A DNA stretch of 64,000 bases from Sphyrna mokarran (Eukaryota), in assembly GCA_024679065.1 (NCBI GenBank), contig JAGIQG010000001.1:48918001-48982000 (forward strand). Direction: 5' to 3'. Positions 1 to 11,958 of the stretch are shown here, piece after piece (the first letter of the stretch is position 1; the number at the start of each line of letters is the position of its first letter). Below the pieces are notes generated by a model. It did no database searches. It was not told the DNA's origin and saw nothing but the letters and a program-made list of their open reading frames with translations. The translations under genes and the position numbers were made by a program.

Positions 1-186
1 CACAGTAAGGGCCAATTTAACCTAACCTGCACACCTTTGGACTGTGGGAAGAAACTGGAGCACTCAGAGTAAACCCACGCAGACATGGGAAGAATGTGCA
101 AACTCTACACAGACAGTCACCTGAGGTCGGAATTGAAGCTAGGGCCTCGGCGCTGTGAGGCAACAGTGCTAACCACTGTGCCACTG
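1..186 (-). mobile_element. HE1/V-SINE-type tRNA-derived SINE (cut by window edge)
   Basis: Minus strand reads GTGGCACAGTGGTTAGCACTG (A box)...TTCAATTCC (B box), then the TGTGTAGAGTTTGCACATTCT central domain shared by more than 20 copies here. Confidence 0.85.
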
Positions 187-980
187 CTTACCAAAGTGAA
201 ATGTAAAATTGTAATCAGGCATATGAGGAAAGGAAAAAGTGAGTATGCACTCTGCTCCACTTAGCTACCCCAGGTCAGGCACCACTGGAAGAAGCTGTAT
301 GTGTGAATGAATTGACAGGGAAATCCAATTTTGAAACAAATTTGGTTCTGTAACAAATGTATTATACTTCCATTTGTCACATACAGCAACTATTTAATTC
401 CGCAACATTTTCCACATGTTGAACATTGATTATATCCAGCCAATTTAAGGAAGGAGCAGATGATTTAAATTTAAGGGAAAAGCGCAAACATTTGAAGAAG
501 TTGCTTGGGGGCTCATCAGTGAAATTATTAAACCACAGCCACATTATATGGTGAGACACTAAGCCCATGGACTCCAGTTTTCTGCTCTTGTTGGTGTGCT
601 CTGTGCAGTGTAAAGGAGCAGTTGTGGTCAGGCCTCCCGCTGGCAAACAACAAAGAAATCCAGAATTACTTAGGGCTCCTTCCCACAATTGCCAGAGGGG
701 CAGAACACTTGATTCATTTTCATGCACATTTTTCAATAATCTGATTTCCATCATCAAAAATACCTTTCTCAAAAGTTTATCAAAAAAATCTAAATAGCGC
801 TTAGGGATAATTAACTCTCAACATAATTGGTAGTGACTGCAAATTTCTCTTAGTAACTAATTGCATTTGGTTTCTCCTGCATTTGGGATTATTAATCTTT
901 CCATGAGGTTTGTAATGCACCAGTAACGTGGAATGCACTAGCATTTGCTCTGTGTGTGAACAGCTACTGTTGATGTAGAA

Positions 981-1314
981 GATGATTAGAGGTTTAGATA
1001 GGGTGGACAGTGATAGCCTTTTTCCTAGGATGGAGAAAGCTAGCATGAGGGGACAGAGCTTTAAATTAAGGGGTGGTAGTTATAGGACGGATGTCAGAGG
1101 TAGGTTCTTTACCCAGAGGGTGGTAAGGGTATGGAATGCCCTGCCTGATGCAGTTGTAGATGCGCCAAGTTTGGTGGCGTTTAAGAGGTTAGTAGATAAG
1201 TTTATGGATGAAAAGGGAATGGTTTAGGTTAGAGGGTCATTGCTTTTTCTTAATTGGTCGGCGCAACATCAAAGGCCGAAGGGCCTGTTCTGATCTGTAA
1301 TGTTCTATGTTCTA
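981..1314 (+). mobile_element. Young CR1 LINE, 5'-truncated 3' end
   Basis: ORF2 C-terminus RGRFFTQRVVRVWNALP; (TTCTATG)n tail; TAGAA at both junctions (976-980, 1315-1319). Confidence 0.92.
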
Positions 1315-1380
1315 TAGAATTCAGGCCCTAAGTACATTCTAAATAAATCTACCACATATATAATTAACCATGCCTGTATT

Positions 1381-1430
1381 ATAATCTCAGGATATTCCAA
1401 AGTGCTTCATAGCTGATGCATTACTTATAT
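1381..1430 (-). mobile_element. Old Deu-domain SINE (SacSINE1/AmnSINE-like) fragment; continues at about 3154-3330 after the CR1 insertion
   Basis: CTCAGGATATTCCAAAGTGCTTCATAGC resembles the reverse complement of the Deu-SINE 3' end seen at 43090-43375. Confidence 0.5.
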
Positions 1431-3147
1431 ACAAAGAACAAAAAACAAAACAGCACGGGAAACAGGCCCTTCGGCCCAACGAGCCCGCGCCACCACCCTG
1501 ATGTTCCCACTCTACCCGTGATCCCTGTCTATGTTTATAGATCTATGGATTAAAAACCAAATTTGATAAATTTAGGGAGAATTTGTTTTGCCAATTAGCC
1601 GAAGAGCACATCTTTGGGATGTGGGAGGAAACCAGAGCACCCAGCAAAAACCCACGCAAGCACGGGGAGAATACACAAACTCCCACAGACACAGGCCCAA
1701 ATCCATGTATCTGCACAGCACAGCGATAGTCACTGAGCTGTCGTGTTGCCCATCAACTGGTCCAGGTCAAGCGTACACTAACGACGTGAAGCACTAGGAT
1801 ACTCTCGAAAAATCCAAGAGCAGCCCTCTCACGACCCATCGCGTGTATGCCCCTCGTTAGACAACAAGGTGGACCAAAGCACCTGTAGGATAAAAACAAG
1901 TACATCAATATCATCATCTATTTACACACTTCCCAGGGACTCTCAAGGCTCATGATCCCTATTTTAAATCAGTTTTCTACACCCCTCCATTCCCATTCTG
2001 TTCATGTGCCCATCTGAGTATTTCTTAAATAACTCCAGAGTGTCTGCCTCCACCACTTTACTTGGCAGCACATTCCATACCCCCATCACCCTCTGTGTGA
2101 AAAAATTCCCTCTACCATCCAAATTATACCTTACCCCCTCACCCTAAGCCCGTGACCCCTCGTGCTATTCGAGTCCATCCTAGGAAAAAGCTTAACCCTG
2201 TTTATTCTATCTATACCCTTCATAATCTTGTACACCTCTATTAGCTCTCCTCTAAGTGTACGTCTTTCTAAGGAAAAAAGTCCCAATTTGCCTAACCTCT
2301 CCTCGTAACTCAGACCTTCCATACCAGGCAGCATCCTGGTAAACCTCCTCTCTACTCTCTCCAGAGTCTCCATGTCCTTCTGGTAGTAAGGCAACCAGAA
2401 TTGGACACAGTATTCCAAATGAGGTCTAAGCAATGTTTTATACAAGTGCAACATTAAAGGCCAGCTCTTGTATTCTATACCCCTTCCTATAAAGGCTAGC
2501 ATACTATTTGCTTTCTCCACAACCTTCTCTACTTGCTCTGCCACTTTCAGAGACTTGTTCACCTGCACCCCCAGGTCCCTCTGCATTTCTATACTCTTAA
2601 TAGGTCTACCCTTTATCATAAATCTCCCCCCTACATTCTTTCTCTCGAAATTCATCACCTCGCATTTATCAGGATTGAATTCCATCTGCCATCTTTCTGC
2701 CCAAGCTACCAGCCTATCTATGTCCTGCTGCATCGCCTGACAATGCTCCTCACTATCCGCAAGTCCAGCCATCTTTGTATCGTCTGCAAACTTGCTGATC
2801 ACTCCACTTACTCCCTCTTCCAAGTCATTTATATATATTACAAATAGAAGAGGTCCCAGTACTGAGCCCTGCAGCACACAACTAGTGACTGACCTCCAGC
2901 TAGAAAAACACCCTTCCACTATTACTCTCTGTCTCCTATTACTAAGCCAATTTCTTATCCATCTAGCTACCTGTCCTTGTATCCTATGAGCCTTGACCTT
3001 CTCAACTAGCCTCCCATGAGGGACTTTGTCAAACGCCTTACTGAAATCCACATAGACGATATCAATAGCTCGCCCTTCGTCCACCATTTTCGTCACCTCC
3101 TCAAAAAATTCTACCAGATTTGTAAGGCACGACCTCCCCTTAACAAA
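1431..3147 (-). mobile_element. CR1 LINE (RT region plus ~550 bp 3' UTR containing a V-SINE-like domain), 6-bp TSD TTATAT
   Basis: ORF 2131-3096 has DFSKAFDKV, QGSVLGPLLF and KFADDTK; frameshifted C-terminus runs to about 1978; TTATAT at 1425-1430 and 3148-3153; (TTCTTTGT)-like tail at 1431-1450. Confidence 0.9.
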
Positions 3148-3670
3148 TTATATGTATGAAGGTGGCAACTGTGCTTGCAGCAGAGCCCCACAAATGGCCT
3201 AAAATAAAGAGTCAAATAATGTTTTGTGAGTGTCAATCAAAAAAAAAGGCAGAGTCCTGAGGAGACATCTCAACTGTGTCTCCTCCTCTACCTAACATAC
3301 AGTTACATGGGCTCTGGAAGTTCTTTAGTACTTCCCCATAATGACTATTCCTCATTCAAGGGACTAAACAAGAAATCAGACATGGGATTTGGAGTAAACT
3401 GAGCTTATCATGTGCAATGTCCAAAAATCTACTCTTTCCTGCATAAATGTCTGAATAGGCATCAGCTGCAAGAATCTGGGTGGATTCCTCATTTCATAGA
3501 TCAGAAATGTATAAGTCCCATGGCTGTTCTTCTAGCCTGGAAATTCCTCAGCATTGTGATTTCACAAGTTGGGCAGGGATTCTGGAACAGTGAGTAACCT
3601 TTGGCGGAGTTTGAGCTGCTGATCTGCTCAACACGACCTTACCTCCATCTTTTATGCCCTAGTCCTCAAT

Positions 3671-5308
3671 TTATTTATTTGGTCATTGAAAAGTCTCTAA
3701 GCCAAGCAATTTCTTCTGATCTTGCTTTGTTGACTGTAAAGAGGTGTCTGCTGAGTCTGTGGTTTGGACAGTGTTCTATGATGTGGTGCACAGTTTGCTC
3801 CCTCCCACAGGTATATAGGGGGCTGGAACAAATGCACAACTGTGGAGGTTGAACAAGCAGAGCTGTGGCCAGTTCTGAACCTGTTGATGGCGGACTGCTC
3901 TTCCCTTGGAAAGTTGAACCAGACAGCTGTTGAGTTTACGATCAGATTCTTGTTTGTCATATCCAATGATTCCCATTTATTTGTCCATATGGAATTTTGT
4001 TGACCCTCTGCATGGAAGGCCTTCTGCAGGTCAGCTTCTTGATGGAAGTCATATCTTCGATGGGCTGAATAGATCAGCGTGGAGTAGCAAGTTGTTGGGG
4101 GGGGTGCAGAAGCATTATGAATTTTTTCTATAATTTTGTGGGTTGTTGCATATCGGTGGATATGTGGAGGAATGGTGTTTGCCAAGGCAATAGCCAAGAG
4201 ATGTCAGTGGGAGTCAAGGAATCCAAGGAGTCCAGAAGGATAGTGTTCTATTTAGGACACTCTGAAGCATGTTGGAGTTGGGTGGCACTTTAACTTGCAA
4301 CCATTCATTTGGATGTTGAACTCTTATGTGCTTTGACTTTGTGAAGATTGAATAAGCTGGATACTGTTTCTGCAGGTTTTAATTTGAATTACCATGTGTT
4401 GCAGTATTGTTCAAGATCAGGTCAATGAGATGAGGGCTTGGGACCTCATGGTTCCATAAATTCTGGCACAGTGTAGTTATATATGCTACTGTTTTGCCCC
4501 ACTTGAAGCCCTGTAGGACTTTCTTTAGTTAAGCAATCTCAAAAGGAGTGAGGTTGATGTCTTCCCTGTAGTACTGATGACATTGTCTTATTCACCCTAG
4601 ATGTTTCTTTTGGTGTTTTTACCTAGTGTGTCTGAGCAATGGCAAGCAGATGGCTGGAGAGGCGGTTTTGAGTGAGTGGTCTTGGGCTGCTGCAAGGTAA
4701 TGAATTAGATTCCAGCACTTCCTGCTGGAGAGTGTAAAGTTTAGCTGTGTTATTATTTCCTCCTACTTGGTGCAATGTGCAGCACTGAGGGATTCAATCA
4801 GATGGTTTTCTCCCTCTGGTCCCCTGATGCTTCCTATGTCTTTAAGAGGGCAGCACTCTCTTCAAGTAAGCATGAGATGTCGGTTAATTGGTAGCCTCAG
4901 AGAATCGTCATGCTGGTTGATTTGTTCATGGCATTACAGACTTCATTAACAGTGATGTTCTGCAGGCGTTCATTGAGATGCTGCTTTCCAAGGTTCATTG
5001 TAACTTGTCCAGTTAGGTTTCTGGCAGTTCCATTGCATCTTCTTGGGGCTGTTGACTACTTAAAGATGCAGGCCTTTGTGAACAAGTAGAAAACGATGTT
5101 AGCTAAGTGGGAAATCACCTAAAAATGTGCAGTATGGGGAGTCCTTTCAGAGAGCTGACCCCCAGCACAGGTCAGGGGAAATAATCCCTATGCCATCTGG
5201 CTGACTGGAATGTTCCTTGCTGTTGGGGGTCATGTACAAGTGTCAGATCATTTCTGGTTGCCCACATTGAGGGGCGTGGCATGAATGCTATCCGTTACTC
5301 CCCAATAG
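3671..5308 (-). mobile_element. Degenerate, internally deleted Vingi/Ingi-like non-LTR retrotransposon
   Basis: EN remnant DLTLVHDPQQQGTFQSARWHRDY; C-terminal LANTIPPHIHR and FNFPREEQSAINRFRTGH; (AAAT)n tail; GTCCTCAAT direct repeat at 3662-3670 and 5309-5317. Confidence 0.7.
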
Positions 5309-5512
5309 GTCCTCAATAAGTCCATTGGTCCATTGTTTTCTTTTCCACACCACTACTGTGGCCCCTTTCTCCCTTCTCCTTTTAAGTTCAAGTGACCAAG
5401 ACATAACTGTATATTATTGACGAATTATTTATCTATTCTTCACCATATCTGACTAATTTGCATAGTTTTAGTCACTGCTGCTAAAACTATTCATGGAATA
5501 CAAAAATAATTT

Positions 5513-5735
5513 TGCCTTCAGTTGAGCAGCTCTGGAATCCTTTCTCTAAACCTCTTTGACTTTCTATCTCTCTTTTCTTCTTTTAAGATGCTCCTTAAAA
5601 TTTATCTCTGTGACCAAGTTTTTAGTCATCTGCCCTCTGTTCTTAGGTGGTCCACGGTCAAATTTTGTTTGTTTCTGTGAACCATTCTTGGAAAGCTTTA
5701 CTATGTTAATAGTACCATTTAAAGTTTGTTGTTGT
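5513..5735 (+). mobile_element. L2-type LINE 3' end
   Basis: CTCTGGAATCC...TTTAAGATGCTCCTTAAAA...GACCAAG and a (TTG)n terminus. Confidence 0.6.
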
Positions 5736-6354
5736 CAATCACACCCAGTGCATTGACTCCACCAAACTGTGGGGTGAAGGAACTTGTGGCAATTTTTTAT
5801 TGTCCGCTTAGAGAATCCTTAGAATCCACACAGACTCTGATGGCTGTGGCTTTGCCTGTAAATAGACTTCTTGCTTGCACAGAGTGTTGTGTTTTATCAG
5901 CATTGTCCCAACATTGATGAAACAGAACCTTTTCAATTCCTTTATTTCCAATTATTAAATGCAGCATTTTGTGAACAATAGCCAGCTGACATACAATCCA
6001 CTCTAATGCTGAAAACATTTAGAATGAGAATAAGAGAAAAAGAAGTGAAATTTAATACACACTGTAGCAGTTCATAGTAACAGCATGATTCTCAGATGGG
6101 ACATCAAAGAGGTCAGATATTGGATGGTTAATTTTTATAGTGATATTATCTTTGAGACAATGAGGCTTATTATATTTGACCTAGAAAATGTTGCTCCGTT
6201 ACGAGAGAATGGTTTTCATTCTTTGTGTCCAGCAGGGGATCTTGGCTCGACAAGGTGTATAGGTACAACATGTCTCCATATTAAATAGTGGCATTTTATT
6301 TATGTTACAGCTTTAGATGGCATAAATAGTGATTATAAAATTGTCTAACAGCTT

Positions 6355-6626
6355 CATTAGCACAGTGGTTAGCACTGTTGTTTCACAGCACCAGGAGCCT
6401 AGGTTCAACTCCTGGTTTGGGTCACCATCTGTGTGGAGTTTGCACATTCTCCCCATGTCTGTGTTCTCTGGGTGCTCTGGTTTCCTCCCACACTCTGAAA
6501 GATGTGCTGGTTAGGTGCATTGACCCAAACAGGTACTAGATTATGGCAACTAGGGGAATTTGACAGTACTTCATTGCAGTATTAATGTAAGCCTTATTTT
6601 TGACTATTAAATAAACATTAACTTTT
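6355..6626 (+). mobile_element. V-SINE, tail type B (hairpin-AATAAA tail)
   Basis: tRNA head, central domain, then GGCAACTAGGGG...CATTGCAGTATTAATGTAAGCC...TGTGAC..TAAATAAAC. Confidence 0.85.
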
Positions 6627-7644
6627 AACACATTCTCTCAATTTTTCCTGAAGCCAAACAAACATTCAGAGGGACTTTAGATTGGGGTACAAAGGGATAA
6701 AGCCCACTAATAGAGAAGAATATAGCTAATTATCCTGAGATTATTTAGCTTAAAAATGCATTGATACCAATAGCTTTGCCAGAGCTTTAATAATTCAGAA
6801 CAATTCTATGAGATTATTTTTCATTTATTCAGTCCTGCAGGGCACTTGTGACTAGTTTGTTGGTTTAACAATTGTACTTCACACTGCTGCAACAACATGA
6901 ATTTATGGTCATGCCTTCAAGAAAGTATGAGCTTGCATTTATGTAATATCTCTGGGTAGTTCAGAATTCTGTGGTGATTATTTTTTAAGCTTCAGATTCA
7001 GATGAGTTGTTCTAATGTGTGTTTTTGGCAGCAGTTTATCTGAAAGGGAATAGTTTCCCCAGACAGTCCCATGCTGAGGTGACCATCCATCTGAGGGCAG
7101 ACAAAAGATGATTTAAGTGTAGCATGAACAGTTGCTTTGCACAAACAGTAAATCCATTTGTTCACAATTCCTGGCCTGCTTGGCAACAAGTTGCACCTTA
7201 AGTGTTGTCAAATTTGTCTGATCTCTGCTAATCTTTGAAGGGAAGCTTTTAATGAATCAACACAGGTGGGAGCAGGATAGATGTGTTAAGCCTGTTCAGT
7301 AACACTTTGTGTCCCAATGTTAATTAAACATACAGCAAAGTGTTCTTTGTTTTGGAATGATTTGCAAACAGAAGCAGAACTTGTTGCACCAAATGACTTA
7401 AATTGGATTCAATATTGCAGTTGCTCTGGTAGTTACTGGTAAACAGTTTCTGGCCAAATCAAAAGACACCTTGGCGAGTGTTAACACCGCCCATTTTCAG
7501 AGAGATTATATGTTTCATATGGGGTTTCATCATTATATGCACAATTCTTGCTCCAGTGGGAGCAGAAACAGGGTTGTAGAGACAATTTCCATAAAAGTAG
7601 GCAGGCAACCCAACCACAACTACAATTAATATAAGGCAATAATG

Positions 7645-7983
7645 CATGAATTCTCTACTTGCAGAAGGAGGACATTCAACCCTTCGGGCCTGCACCAACA
7701 CTATTACAGAATATCTCTCCCCTACCCTATCCCTGTAATTCCACATATTTACCATTAATCCATATAACCTACACATCTTGGGACATTAAGGGACAATTTT
7801 ATTTTATCATGGCCAATGCACCTAACCTACACACCTTTGGATTGTGGGAGGAAACTGGAGCACCCAAAGGAAACCGAAGCAGGCATGTGGAGAACGTGCA
7901 AACTCCGCACAGACAACCATCGGAATCAAACTCTGATCCATGATGCTGTGAGGCAGCAGTGCTAATTGTGCCACCATTTTGCC
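7645..7983 (-). mobile_element. HE1/V-SINE, tail type A (CR1-like tail)
   Basis: tRNA head at about 7983; tail CCTCCTTCTGCA...GAATTCATG. Confidence 0.8.
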
Positions 7984-8001
7984 CTATTATACTCTCTAGA
8001 A

Positions 8002-8442
8002 CAGGACTTCCGAAACTGTGGGTTGTGATTCCTAGTGGAGTCACACACACAGACTTTGGGGTCACAAGTTCTGAGATAGTGATGGGTATTGCGTATCTTG
8101 GACTGATTACCAACAACTATGAAGCTCTTTTAAACCCTTGCATTGTTTTGTGATGGTGGATGAGTCCAAAATCTTTGAGAACTGATTTCTGCTGTGAAAA
8201 ACAACTGTGACAAAATAGGTGGGGTTTTGCAACCTGCAGTTAAGAACTTCCCAACCATACCCAACCTCATTTCCACCTCGCACCTCCTCCCCTCACCACC
8301 CCACATTATTGGCAGCTGAAGACCATCCCCCCACCCACCTCTGCCCAATGGCTCTCCCAACCTCCATCTCCACTCTGGGTTCAACCTGATCATCGGAGCC
8401 ATTAAAATGGGATCACACAAGTAAAATATTAGGGAAGCACTG
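8002..8442. mobile_element. Old hAT (Charlie/MER5-like) non-autonomous DNA transposon
   Basis: Imperfect TIRs CAGGACTTCCGAAAC / ATTAGGGAAGCACTG; 8-bp flanks CTCTAGAA and CTCTAAAC fit the NTCTAGAN target consensus. Confidence 0.6.
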
Positions 8443-9077
8443 CTCTAAACCTTGGGAATTGCAGCAACGCTCATGGGAGTCATTAGTTAGACGTATCCAG
8501 GAGTAAAGATCTGCAAATATTTATAACATCTAGTATGGAGACAAATAACCCCATAACTATATGGCAGCTGTATGAGTGACACAGTAAACCTGGTTTATTT
8601 TGGCATTTGTCTGGGGGTAGGATTCATGAGCATTAATTGTAATTGAGTGCTCCGCCTTTCGGTGTACAAGCTTTGATGCTATGTAGACATGGGAATGGAT
8701 ATTTTTGATTTTGCGTCTGATTTATCTGGGGTGGTTTGTCATTGTATAAATAGAAGCCGTTGTTGAATTTGGATGTGGGATAGTCAATGGAACCAATTCT
8801 CATATCTTCAGTAGATGGGAACAAGGTGCTAGTGTGAATAAAATAGCAGCGTAGCATTTCTCACCCTGTTACTACTGGTTTATAAGTCACTACCATTTTA
8901 CTCAGAACCTTAAAGTTGACATCATAGCTCTCACCAGAAACGGGCAGATGTCTCATAGGTCCATGCAAATTCTATGACATCATTAGTGTAACTTTATATT
9001 TTTTGTGTTTAATTATAAATATGGTTGGACATTAATTTTTTTGTATTCTATAACATATACAAAAATATACAAAGATG

Positions 9078-9262
9078 GGTGACAGGGTGGCACGGTGGCA
9101 CAGTGGCTAGCCTCATAGTTTCAGGGACCTGATTCAATTCCAGCCTTGAGTGAGTGTGTGGAGTTTGTTCATTTTCCCCGTGTCTGTGTGCATTTCCTCC
9201 CACAGTCCAAAGATGTGCAGGTTAGATGGATTGACCATGTTAAATTGCCCCTTCATCTCAAA
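9078..9262 (+). mobile_element. V-SINE, 3'-truncated
   Basis: GGCACGGTGGCACAGTGG head and central domain. Confidence 0.8.
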
Positions 9263-9758
9263 AAAGATTAATGAAATCTAATTCCAGGATCCCTGGATCA
9301 GTACCAGTGTTTAAATTGCTGGATTGTGCTTGATAATACTTGGACTATCTCCCATTGGCTATACAGATGAGTGTTCAGCAAGGAGACTAGTTACTCACAT
9401 TCTGGGTTAGTGTAGTCTCATATGTGATATTAAAAGTTTTGACTTGAAGAGCTGATTGCATATATTACCTATAAACTCGCTATTGCGATGGTGGTTGAAG
9501 ACAATGACTTGTCCCATAGGAGACTGAATCTTTTCTCCAAAAGTGTTGAAGTTACTTCATGAAAAGGACTTCTCCATTTGGAACTGTCCAGAGATTTTGT
9601 TCTTAAGTCTGACTTGCAGGCTTTAACATTGCTTTCAGACTAGTTTGAGTTTCAGATATCCTATAGTCCAAGTTCCCATGCTCAGCTAGTTTTTCAATGC
9701 CAGACAATCCTTCACATGCACCATATAAGTGACCCAGCTCAGCTGAATACTTTGATTT

Positions 9759-10182
9759 ACATAAAAATATTGAAACATAGAAGATAGGAGCCGGAGGAGG
9801 CCACTTGGCCCATCGAGCGTGCTCCACTATTCATTATGATCGTGGCTGATCATCCAACTCAATGGTCTTCTTCCCTATAGCTTCTGATCCCGTTTGCCCC
9901 AAGTGCTATATCCAGCTGCCCTTTGAATACATTCAATGTTTTGACATTAACTACTTCCTGTGGTAATGAATTCCACAGGCTCGTCACTATTTGGGTGAAG
10001 AAATGATTTCTCACCTCTGTCCTAAATGGTCTATCCTGAATCCCCAGGCTGTGATCCCTGGTTCTGGACTCCCCCACTATCGGGAACATCCTCTCTGCAT
10101 CTAACCTGTCTAGTTCTGTTGAAGTTTATAAGTCTCTCTGAGATCCCCCGGCATTCTTCTGCACTCCAGCAAAGACAATCCC
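9759..10182 (-). mobile_element. CR1 LINE 3' end
   Basis: ORF 9859-10089 (NHFFTQIVTSLWNSLPQEVV); TTCTATGTT-type tail. Confidence 0.85.
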
Positions 10183-10680
10183 ATTTGATTTGATTTGATT
10201 TATTATTGTCTATTAGTATATAGTATTATTTCACTGTATTAGTATACAGTGAAAAGTATCATTTCTTGTATGCTATACAGACAAAGCATACTGTTCATAG
10301 AGAAGGAAATGAGAGAATGTAGAACGTAGTGTTATAGTCTTTGTTAAGGTGTAGAGAAAGATCAACTTAATGCAAGATAAGTCCATTCAAAAGACGGATG
10401 GCAGCAGGCAATAAGCTGTTCTTGAGATGGTTGGTACGTGACCTCAGACTTTTGTGTCTTTTTCCCAATGGAAGAAGGTGGAAGGGAGAATGTCCAGGGT
10501 GCTTGGGGTCCTTAATTACACTGGCCGTTTTGCCAAGGCAGCAAGAAGTGTCATAGTCAATGGATGGAAGACTGGTTTGTGCGAAGGATTGGGCTACATC
10601 ACAAACCTTTCTAATTCCTTGTGGCCTTGGGCAGAGCAGGAGCCACACCAAGCCATAATACAACCAGAAAGAATGCTTTA
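10183..10680 (-). mobile_element. Rex1/Babar LINE 3' end inserted in a CR1
   Basis: KDPKHPGHSPFHLLPLGKRHKSLRSRTNHLKNS; (AATCA)n tail; ATTTG at both junctions. Confidence 0.8.
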
Positions 10681-11650
10681 TTTGGTCTATGCTCTCATGA
10701 GCATAAGCTTGATACCAGGTATGCTGTACTTTGCAAGGGTCAATAGTATGTTAATTATATTATTAAGATATACAAGTGAAGGACATTGTTCAATTGAGCA
10801 CTTTGAGCATATAAAGAAAAGGAGAGAGCTAGGACACTGGGTATGGCAGAAGAGAACTATAGGACTGAACAAAGTCAATAAATGCTCTGTGAATAAAAGC
10901 TCTGTGTATTAGTTTTGACTTCACCAACCAACTTGGATTCTATTAACAGCAAGAATTTAGATGTTACGAATTTTGTCTAGCCAAGCAGAAAGACTTTAAG
11001 CACTGGAGATGGAATTCATCTAGTTACTGTATGTGATGCCAGAATGTTGTCCATGTCTCACAAAAATATCGAAGTGATAGTTTTTAAATGCAGAACAGAT
11101 TCATTAATATGTTACCTTGATTCACTAAGTAAGGCTGAAGCAATATTAAGGAACATAAAAGTCCTACTTGTCTTAGGTCTGTTAGTAACAACACATTGCT
11201 ATCAGAAAAGAGTAGTAATGCATGTAAAATGGTTGGAATGAACCATTTATAAGTTCTGACACAGTCTCTAGTCAGGTGTACTGTAAAGAAACCTTTTATG
11301 AAAAGGCAACAAATGAAACTTGACATGGAATATGATAAGGCAATTATTTATGGAAAGTCTGAGATTTGCAGTTTAAGCATTATTATAACTCTTTAATAAA
11401 TCCTGATGTTATTTATTAGAATGTAAGTATTAAAGCCATTGGGTGATAAGAATCAGCAAGAGAGGGAAAGACCAAATGTTTTCAAGGTCCACAAACTTAC
11501 CTACTTGTAAATTATTTCAAAACTTGCTTTAGAAAGCTGCTGTCATTGAAAAACAGTTACAAATATGAAGTAGAGATTAGTGATAAAAACGAAACATAAG
11601 CCTTCCGTTAGCATGCGACTTTGACAAAGTAGCTGTCATTGATCCAAAAG

Positions 11651-11958
11651 TGGGGCGGCACACTGGCACAGCAGTTAGCACTGCTGCCTCACAGCAGTGG
11701 ATCTGTTTCAATTCCCGACTTGGGTCACTCTCTGTGTGGACATAACACATTCTCTCTGTGTTTGTGTGAGTTTCCTCCAGGTGCTCCAGTTTCCACCACA
11801 ATCTGAAAGATGTGCTGGTTAGGTGAATTGACCATGCTAAATTCTCTCTCATTGTACCCGAATAGGCGCTGGAGTGTGGCAACTAGGGGATTTTCACAGT
11901 AACTTCATTGCAGTATTAATGTAAGCCTTATTTGTGACATTGATAAATCAACTTTATA
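11651..11958 (+). mobile_element. V-SINE, tail type B
   Basis: Complete head, central domain and TTTTCACAGTAACTTCATTGCAG tail. Confidence 0.85.

Noticed and set aside
9399-9742. Minus-strand exon candidate (GTGAGT donor at about 9398; peptide AELGHLYGACEGLSG...)
   Set aside because: Stops in all three frames between the putative splice sites, a purine-rich acceptor and no recognisable protein.
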